Made by a program: the position numbers and the translations under genes
NCBI RefSeq assembly: GCF_009914755.1
Contig: NC_060927.1
Source of the DNA: the human T2T-CHM13v2.0 reference genome, Homo sapiens
DNA length: 64,000 nt
Direction: 5' to 3' (one strand)
Notes under the pieces: generated by a model
Seen by the model: only the letters and a program-made list of their open reading frames with translations
Database searches by the model: none
What the model was told of the DNA's origin: nothing
Shown here: in pieces, positions 56,791-64,000 of the stretch
Layout of the letters: every line of letters starts with the position of its first letter
Numbering within the stretch: position 1 is the first letter of the stretch

Positions 56791-56982
56791 AGAGTGACCT
56801 TTACTCCAGTTCCCAACAAGTTCCTCATCTCCCTCTGAGACCACCTCCACCTGGAGAGTGACCTTTACTCCAGTTTCCAACAAGTTCCTCGTCTCCCTCT
56901 GAGACCACCTCCACCTGGAGAGTGACCTTTACTCCAGTTCCCAACAAGTTCCTCATCTCCCTCTGAGACCACCTCCACCTGG
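56791..56982. repeat. 3 x 64-bp tandem repeat
   Basis: Units start at 56791, 56855 and 56919; two mismatches in total. Confidence 0.95.
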
Positions 56983-57351
56983 TCTTCATTGTCCATATCA
57001 CTATCAGCATTTTGCTCAAAGCCATTCAACAAGTCTTTAGGAAGTTCCAAACTTTCTCACATCTTCCTGTCTTCTGAGCCCTTCAAACCTCTAGGAAGTT
57101 CCAAACTTTCCCACATTTTTCTGTCTTCTTCTGAGCCCTCCAAACTGTTTCAGCCTCTTCCTGTTACCCAGTTCTAAAGTTGCTTTCACATTTTTGGCTA
57201 TCCTTACAGTAGCATCCCACTCCCAGTACCAATTTACTGTATTAGTCTGTTCTCATGCTGTTATAAACAACTGCCCCAAACTGGGTAATTTATAAAGGAA
57301 AGAGGTTTAATTGACTCACAGTTCAGCGTGGCTGGAGAGGCCTCAGGAAAC

Positions 57352-58113
57352 TGAGAGAAAGGACTAGCTGGATTTTCTAGGCCGACTAAGAATTCCTAAG
57401 CCTAGCTGAGAAGATGACTGCACCCACCTTTATACATGGGACTTGTAACTCAGCTCACACCCGACCAATCAGGTAGTAAAGAGGGCTCACTAAAATACAA
57501 ATTAGGCTAAAAGCAGGAGGTAAAGAAATAGTCAAATCATCTATCATCTGAGAGCACAGGGGGAGGGACAATGATTGGGATATGAACCCCAGGCATTTGA
57601 GCCGGGAGTGGGCAACCCCCTTTGGGTCCCCTCCCATTGTATGGGAGCTCTGTTTTCACTCTATTAAATCTTGCAACTACACACTCTTCTGGTCTGTGTC
57701 TGTTCCGGCTCAAGCTGAGCTTTTGCTCACCATCCACCATTGTTGTTTGCTGCGTGGCAGACCCACTGCTGACTTCCACCCCTCTGGATCCAGCAGAGGA
57801 TCATAGGCGCTCCTGATCCAGTGAGGTGCCCATTGCCGCTCCCGATTGGGCTAAAGGCTTGCCATTGTTCCTGCATGGCTAAGTGCCTGGGTTCATCCTA
57901 AGCAAGCTGAATACTATTCGCTGGATTCCACGATTCTCTTTCATGACCCACAGCTTCTAATAGAGCTAGAACACTGACCGCATGGCCCAAGGTTCCATTC
58001 CTTGGAATCTGTGAGGCCAAGAACCCCAGGTCAGAGAACAAAAGGCTTGCTGCCATCTTGGAAGCAGCCACCACCATCTTGGGAGTTCTAAGGACAAAGA
58101 CCCACCCTTAACA
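57352..58113 (+). mobile_element. LTR17 (HERV-W) solo LTR inside the THE1 LTR
   Basis: TGAGAGA.AGGACTAGCTGGATTT.CTAGGCCGACTAAGAAT...GCCATCTTGGAAGC...TAACA. Confidence 0.9.
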
Positions 58114-58705
58114 CTATAATCATGGCAGAAGGGGAAGCCAACACGTCCTTTTTCACATGGTGGCAAGAAGGAGAAGTGACAAGCAAAGAGGGAAATCCCC
58201 TTGTAAAACCATCAGATCTCATGAGAACTCATGCACTATCATGAGAACAGCATGGAGATAACTGCCCCCATGATTAAATTACCTCCTACTGGGTTCTTCC
58301 CACGACATGTGGGGATTACAGAAATTGCAATTCAAGGTAAGATTTGGGGGGGAACACACCAAATCATATCAGCCATGTACTCAGTTGCTCAAGAGAGAAA
58401 AAGCATCCATGACTCCTTTTTTAATAGCCCACATAAATCTTAATAATTCTACTTCCAAATAACTCTCAGGCTTATCCACTTTTCCCAGCTCTACTGCCAG
58501 CCACCCTGCTCTGATTCCCATCATCATTATCTCACCTGGACTACTGCAATGGCCGTCTAGTAGCCTACTGTATACAACTCATCTCTTTTCTAATCAATTC
58601 TATACTCTCCAGGTAGACCATTATAAAAAATAAAACCTAAATGAAAAACATGTGTTTAATCACATTAATAGCTTTCCATTTCTCTTAGAATTAAGTCCAC
58701 ATTTC

Positions 58706-59137
58706 TTTTTTTTTTTTAATTATACTTTAAGTTTTAGGGTACATGTGCACAACGTGCAGGTTTGTTACATATGTATACATGTGCCATGTTGTTGTGCTGC
58801 ACCCATTAACTCATCATTTAACATTAGGTATATCTCCTAATGCTATCCCTCCCCCCTACCCCCACCTCACAACAGGCCCCGGTGTGTGATGTTCCCCTTC
58901 CTGTGTCCATGTGTTCTCATTGTTCAATTCCCACCTATGAGTGAGAACATGCAGTGTTTGGTTTTTTTGTCCTTGCGATAGTTTGCTGAGAATTATGGTT
59001 TCCAGCTTCATCCATGTCCCTACAAAGGACATGAACTCATCATTTTTAATGGCTGCATAGTATTCCATGGTGTATATGTGCCACATTTTCTTAATCCAGT
59101 CTATCATTGTTGGACATTTGGGTTGATTCCAAGTCTT
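58706..59137 (-). mobile_element. 5'-truncated L1PA (about PA3-5) 3' end inserted in an L2
   Basis: TTATACTTTAAGTTTTAGGGTACATGTGCACAACGTG... Confidence 0.9.
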
Positions 59138-60570
59138 AAATGGCTTAGGAAGAAATGGTTTCCCACAGCGTGGACAGTCCCCACCAGTATCTTCAAGCTT
59201 ACCCCTTATGCATTTCCCTCTCTGTGTTTTATTCATGTTTAATCTTTTTCAGCTTTAGCCCATAGGCTAGAGAGCTAGTAGTAGTAGTATGGGACCTCCA
59301 ATGGACTGATTCTTTCCTGAGCTTGGAAACTCTAAACCATTCCCTACTTTTCCCTAGCTAATATGTACCCATCTTTCAGGTCTTAAATAAGATGTCATCT
59401 CCTTGACCACTGCCAAACACTAGGCAAGGTTCTACAGCATCTTTTGCATACCCTTTATAATACCTATAACACATAAGTATCTACTTAATGTCTGTATTCT
59501 CTGCTATATTATAAACTCCATGAGGGCAGAAATCAAATCTATTTTATTTCTATATTCCTAACTGATCACAGGCCAGGTTGATATTAAATGCTAAAAAGTA
59601 TTAAATGAATGAATAAACAATAAATGACTTTTTCCCCATCATCTACTGTATGACTATTATAAACATTTTGAGATTAAGCAAATGCATTCCCCAAATCTGG
59701 GCTGGTTCTTGGCATTACTGGATTAGAGTTCTAACTATATACTGTGGACAGATATAAGGCCCACCTTTCCCCAAATATCTTACCTGGTAACCTGTCATAA
59801 CTTCTTTTTCTTGCTATTTGTTCTAAAACTGCCCTGCCTCTACCCACACTCACCTGGCTTCCATAATTAAAGATTAAAAATATTAATTGCCTTCCAAAAA
59901 ACCAGTGTTAAGTGCATGTCATTTTTTTTCCTGGGGACAGAGTACTACTTCCCTTTCTTTGGCCAATTGGAAGGATTATATTATCAGATTTGCTAATTGC
60001 TGAACTACTATCCCTCAGAAGATGAGAGAAAGAACACACAGCTATTAGTAAGGGCTGTGGTCTTCACCTAGAATAATAGGGCACCCTCTAATCTTTGCTA
60101 CTTTGGAATATGAAGAAAATTGTTCATCAGAAAGAGAGATGACACTGAAGAATTTTCCTCCTCCACAATTTTGTGGAAGTAGTCCAAATGTGTTTAAAAT
60201 TGATAGGTATTTTTGGGATAATCCTTTTAACCTGGAAAAACAGAGTGGTTCCAAGATATTGAACCCATATGCTAGCTTCGCTGATATCTGTTGTTCCGTG
60301 TCACTGGCCAAGTAAATGCAGAATGAATGAGATTAACTCCGCAGGTGTAAATGGTGCCCAATTCTATGACATAGGTTGGAGGGAACCCAAACACAGGCCT
60401 TAAGCTACATACTAAAATCAAGGCAGAATTAGCAGAGTTACTTGCACATATATTTGACTTGAAAAAAAGTAGAGAGGAAAAAAAGGCAGTAAATTAAATA
60501 TAATGATCTTGATAGTTACACTAAAAGTAATAGAAGGGGAAAAGGCACATAAATGTATATAAGCTAACCA

Positions 60571-60742
60571 CATTATATCAGTTCTGCGGTGCTCCCCTTC
60601 TCCACATTTTTCATCCGTGAAATTGGAATGCGTGGTACAATTCATGTTTTGTCCAATTTAATTAGAAACACGTTTTCTTTCTTAGTAGTACACATAATGG
60701 TGTGCCTTTTAATCAACGACATCTTAGATTGATGAAATAGAG
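60571..60742. mobile_element. MER104 (TcMar-Tc2)
   Basis: GAAATTGGAATGCGT..TACAAT...CATCTTAGATTGATGAAATA. Confidence 0.65.
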
Positions 60743-62266
60743 TATTTGCTTATAAATATACGCTGATAGCATGGGCTCATTACCACATTTTCAAATCGCG
60801 TTACAATTGGCCAACTTTTGTATTTGGCAGACTTTCTGCATAAGTTATAGCCTGAGAAAGAGATGAGAAATTTACATAATAGGTATGTCTGATGGAGAAT
60901 TATAAAATGCCAAAAACCTCCATGGATAGCAACAACCTAGAAAAGGATAATAAACTTTGCAGCATCAATTATCATTGCATAGGTTAGTAAAGACCCTGTA
61001 TGCTACAGAAACAAGTCATTGAAGAGACAGAGATAGAGACAGAGACAGATGGAAGTTGAGATATGGGTTTGGGTTGGAAGGAAGAGAGGTGGGAGGGGAG
61101 AGACATGCAAAGAGTGAAGGAGAAAGAGAGTGAAGAAGAGAGAAAAAACATGATTTGCAGATATGTAAAAGCACAAATATACTTTTCTTCTATTTAAAGA
61201 TGATAGGAATATCTATGTCGTTAGGCAGAAGAAATTCAACACTTTTTTTTAACTGAGAACTTTCTTTTTAAAGTTTACATTGAGTGATAATGTAATTAGT
61301 TGAGTGGGAAAATGCCAAATGAAAATGAAAATTCTAAGACATGCTATATATGAATGTCTTGGGAAATTCTTGCAGATTCCTTTTTCGTCTCAAGCCGTGT
61401 ATGTCAGTGAATTGTGCCTAAAGAAAAAACTATCAAACTGGTGGCACCAAAAATAATCAAAATATGTCCAGTGGTGCTTGAGAATTTCAGAGGAAGGAAG
61501 AAGAGCTTTTTGTTTAAAAAAATAAGTTTTGAAAAAAACTAATCTTTTGATGAACACAAAACAAGAACTATTCACCAAAAAAATCCTTCTATACTGCGAT
61601 ACCACAAATGTTCCTTACAATGCAGTGTAACATTACAAGTTACTATTATTCAAAAGTCACTTTCAGTAAGGTATACTATAGCTGACAAATGGCTTACCCT
61701 AGTAGATTCTTGGTTATTTGTGTATATTTTTTTCTGAAAAACAATGGCGAGTTTCTTAAAATATTTGTTTCACATACTGCAGAAAGCTCCAGAATCGGGC
61801 AGAGGAATTGAGTCCAGGGGAAAACAACTTGCTTTTTTCCAGTCAGATTAGATTAAACACTGATTATAAGCCTTAAAAAAAATAAAGACTCTGTTCGGGA
61901 TGCAGAACACCAAGAAGAGAATGGTGGCACCTGCTGTCCATTATCCCTAATGTCCTCCCTTTGGTTGCAATGCATGATACTCCAATGCATGAGGCATGGT
62001 CTTTGCCTCACTGTGCATGTGGCTGGTGACTGCTTTGCTGGCCATAACTCCTGTTGGACCATGGATCAGCTGCTTGCTTGCAGTTCATTTACTTTTTTCT
62101 GTTTTTCAAATTAGCAACATCACCCTGTATGGATATCACTTCCTGACCAGGAGAGCAGGATTCCATTTTTGTATATACTTGTAACCCTAATTTTTCTCAC
62201 TGGAAGAATGGGCTTCTCGTCATATCACATATTCATCTCCCAGAATGTTTTAGGTAGGAAATGAGG

Positions 62267-62571
<305 letters not shown>

Positions 62572-62950
62572 TTATATAAGTACTAAGTATACTTATATAA
62601 GTGTGCTAAGTATTATAATAACATTTTTTAGAAGTGAAGCCCTTAATTTTATTTGTTGTTTCAATTGATTTATCTCGCCCAGTGAAACAAAGTTTAGGAA
62701 TATTAGCAAATAAAATATTCTTTGTAATCAGCCTTTGTCAACCAATATAAGGTTGTTACTTTGTTTTTTTTTTAATCAAAATGCTTGTTATCCATAATAG
62801 TTTGGTATATATGTTCTCTTTTTCTCGTGTTTATCAAAGACATAACACCAAAAAAAGTTTTAAAATCCCCTATACAGATGCAAACTTTAAATTTCAAATG
62901 TGTTAGCATCAATAAAGGAATAAATACCATCATTAAATTTTGTAATTTAA

Positions 62951-63331
<381 letters not shown>

Positions 63332-64000
63332 CATGCGTGGCTACTTCTTATAAGAAGGAAGAAAGATCACACAGAGCTTTTTAGAAAAATTAATTTTAAT
63401 GGCAATTAGCCCCAAATAGTAGTTAATTCAGATGAAATTGTTTTGACATCACTTTTCAACTTGCTAGGCTAACATAATAGGGGCCAGCTTACCGTCAGTC
63501 AACTTTTGGAATTTTACTGGAAAACTCTGGAAACTAACCTAGCCCTTGGATTGTAACATCACCTGTATATTAGCCTCCAGGATTTGCTGAGCTAATGTCT
63601 CAGCAGACCTACTCTGTAAACTGTTACTTTTCCATTGCTGAAGACTAATGTTCTTGGCCAGCACCATATGATATAGATTAATGATTAGACTCAGCATCCT
63701 CTAACTACCGTATATGTAACACAGCCCTTAGTTGGCAAATCCTGCTTTTGACAATTGAAAACATAAACATAACAAATAGGATAATAATACACACAAATCA
63801 ATTAAATTGATTTGAGCTTGCAAAGTTGATGCATCATTTAGTTTTTCATACAGATATCCTTAATCAGACAGTGCAAGAGCATCTTCTGGTTCCCAGTGAA
63901 CTTTTTCTTAGAGCACTGAATCTCAAATATACTTTAGCACTACATTCATTTTAATAGTCATTGATGATGCTTGGATTTAAAGAGTGCGAGCATTCAGTTG

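Noticed and set aside
57038-57145. Imperfect ~54-bp duplication in the THE1 internal region
   Set aside because: Diverged and probably part of the family consensus
55705-57177. ORFs in the THE1 internal region
   Set aside because: Fragmented MaLR internal ORF remnants
62572-62600. 11-bp inverted repeat after the truncated AluJ
   Set aside because: Short and almost entirely AT; plausible by chance

Overview
Human genomic DNA: AT-rich and repeat-dense, with a human-specific AluYb8 at ~44.1 kb. The only bona fide gene segment is exon 1 of GBE1 (glycogen branching enzyme) on the minus strand (CDS 36794-36936, [48 protein letters not shown]). It sits in a CpG island with a TATA box. Positions 1-36793 are GBE1 intron 1 (exon 2 lies outside the window) and positions above ~37.1 kb are upstream flank. 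The supplied ORF track misses this exon, and its ORFs are almost all Alu, L1, LTR or microsatellite artefacts. Main observations beyond repeat annotation: (1) a decayed, intronless KRAB-A+KRAB-B retrocopy with no zinc fingers (a KRAB-only isoform fossil) at 26.5-26.8 kb; (2) a candidate alternative GBE1 first coding exon (MNLAKVR, phase-compatible with exon 2) at ~19.0 kb, inside a motif-dense module that includes an overlapping ARE/HRE; (3) a frame-preserving 30-nt candidate micro-exon at 28.6 kb; (4) a solo HERV-H LTR7Y-type LTR inside an Alu, antisense to GBE1, and an LTR12C in sense orientation ~5 kb upstream; (5) a chimeric three-armed AluYb8/old Alu; (6) complementary ERVL fragments in opposite orientations; (7) several fold-back palindromes, a locally templated duplication and a 3x64-bp tandem repeat. 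Repeat subfamily names come from recalled consensus sequences and were not checked by search.
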